A DNA stretch of 64,000 bases, taken from Octopus vulgaris (Eukaryota). Of the stretch, positions 62,256 to 64,000 are shown one piece after another. Position 1 is the stretch's first letter. Every line of letters starts with the position of its first letter. The stretch covers positions 8,804,001 to 8,868,000 of the forward strand of contig OX597827.1 in the NCBI GenBank assembly GCA_951406725.2, in the 5' to 3' direction. The position numbers were made by a program, and so were the translations under genes. The notes below the pieces were generated by a model, which was not told the origin of the DNA, did not search any database, and saw nothing but the letters and a program-made list of their open reading frames with translations.

Positions 62256-63143
62256 TGTGGTCTGATCAATAAGTATCCAGACTGTTGCTATAGTAACAAA
62301 GCTAAAGCATGCAGAGTGAAGCTGTTGGGCACAGATTGACATTGAACTCTGCTGTGCATGTGCACTAGGTTTTAATGTTCTAGCTCACGTCTGCTGTTTA
62401 CAGCAGTGCTTGGAAGGAAGGTGTGTAGTGTGTGATCATCACAATGACTATGATAGGGAAAGTTGAGCAGAGTATCTGTATCAAATCTTACCAAAAACCT
62501 GGCAATAATTACTCTGAGGCCTATGCAAATTTTTCAAAAAGTTTTCGTTGTTCTTGACACAATCAGGGAGATTTTGTGCAACTGAAACCCAACTGTCCTT
62601 TTGGTCAGCTGAAAGCAGTTTTGGCACAATCTTGGCAGACACACGGCTCATACCCATATTTTCAATGATAATGAACTTAACAGTAACTAATCTGCACATC
62701 CTTTGATAACTCATGGATAGCGATTTGACGATTTCTCTTCACAGCTGCCCACACATCTGCAATGTTTTTCTCAGTTCTGCTGGTTGCAGGTCTCCCAGAA
62801 TGTTCATCAATATCAACATTTTTCTGACCATCTTCTAATCATCTGAACCACTTGTAGACTTGTGTGTGGCTCGTACACTCCTCTCCATACACTTTCTACA
62901 ACATTGTGTAAGCCTCTGAGCAGGTATCACCATGATAACTTTCTCATGGTCAATGAGACGATCACATGCTACACACCTTCCTTCCAAGCATTGCTGTAAA
63001 CAGCGGAAGTGAGCTAGAATGTTAAAACTTAGTACCCATGCACAGCAAAGTTCAAGGTCAATCTGTGCCAATCTGAGCTTCACTCTGCATGCTTTAGCTT
63101 CATTACTATGGCAACAGTCTTGATGCTTATTAATCAGACCTCG
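62256..63143. mobile_element. Mariner derivative with two 5' ends (long inverted arms)
   Basis: Left arm (+) runs from the TIR to KVEQSICIKSYQKPG..SEAYA. Right arm (-) runs from TA|CGAGGTCTGA through KVYGEEC..TQVYKWF..EHSGRPATS..MSRVSAKIVPKLLSADQK. Confidence 0.88.
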
Positions 63144-63200
63144 TATACAGCAGATTTGCATGTTTCTATCTATCAAGTTCACCCACATGGTATAGCCCAA

Positions 63201-63430
63201 GCGGTGAGCTGGCAGAAACATTAGCACGCTGGGTGAAATGCTTAGCGGTATTTCGTCTGCCGTTATGTTCTGAGTTCAAATTCTTCCGAGGTCGACTTTG
63301 CCTTTCATCCTTTCGGGGTCAATAAATTAAGTACCAGTTACACACTGGGGTCAATGTAGTCGACTTAATCTGTCTGTCTGTCCTTGTTTGTCCCCTCTGT
63401 GTTTAGCCCCTTGTGGGCAGTAAAGAAATA
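63201..63430 (+). mobile_element. SINE family B monomer with an extra 3' insert
   Basis: TSD GGTATAGCCCAAG at 63189-63201 and 63476-63488. The tail AGTAAAGAAATA is duplicated around a 33-bp insert. Confidence 0.88.
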
Positions 63431-63958
63431 TATTTAATAGCATTTTTTTCTTCATTTTGCTTTAGTAAAGAAATAGGTATAGCCCAAGGTACTACATAGT
63501 GGGATTGAACCCAAAACGACATAGTTGCAAAGTAAGCTACTTAACCCCACACATTATTGCTTGATTCCTTATTGTTAATTTCAAGGATGATAATGTTACA
63601 TTAACATAAGAATGAATATGTTATGTTGCAATTTGTGTTCTATGCAAGGCTAGTTCCCGCTTATCATAAGGAATAGGGATAATGAGAAAAAGGAAAGGTG
63701 GGTAATGAGAAAAAGGAAAGGTGGGCAATGGGAAAGGTAGGGAGTGAAAAAGGTGGGAACAGAGAATAAAGAATAAGACACATTATTCCAACTTTATTGA
63801 ACATCACATCTCACGTGTAATAATTGCTTTTATATTTGGTACATTAATATTTCACAGGTGAAGAAAGTTTTAATGGTAGGATCAAGTACATACATGTACG
63901 TATATATATGTATGTGTATGTATGTATGCATGCATGTATGTATGGCTCTCTCTCTCTC

Positions 63959-63991
<33 letters not shown>

Positions 63992-64000
63992 ATGTGTGTG

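Overview
AT-rich, microsatellite-dense eukaryotic DNA with no recognisable host protein-coding exon, so probably a large intron or intergenic region. The repeat complement (tRNA-derived CORE-like and Meta-like SINEs, RTE tails ending in (GAT)n, long TA/CA/TACA tracts) resembles an Octopus (coleoid cephalopod) genome; this assignment is inferred, not database-checked. Almost every ORF in the track is a microsatellite or SINE artefact. The real coding remnants are all decayed transposons: a HERO-like RLE retrotransposon end, RTE LINEs (one with a PHD-type C4HC3 finger inside the RT region), a CR1/L2 end, an L1/Tx1-like end and two mariners. Non-autonomous Helitrons, piggyBac-type MITEs and a half tRNA-Leu are also present. 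The most interesting signal is at the RNA level: about a dozen hammerhead-ribozyme motifs. Most lie in short Penelope-like remnants, including one with a fully intact core and an 86-nt stem II (27291-27422). One is a candidate non-circularly permuted hammerhead in the HERO-like 3' UTR (about 551-691). Other notable features are a SINE that multiplies its body at one exact junction, a 215-bp satellite born from a SINE head, a composite piggyBac MITE dimer, and several locally templated insertions. All structures were read by eye; nothing was folded or searched computationally.
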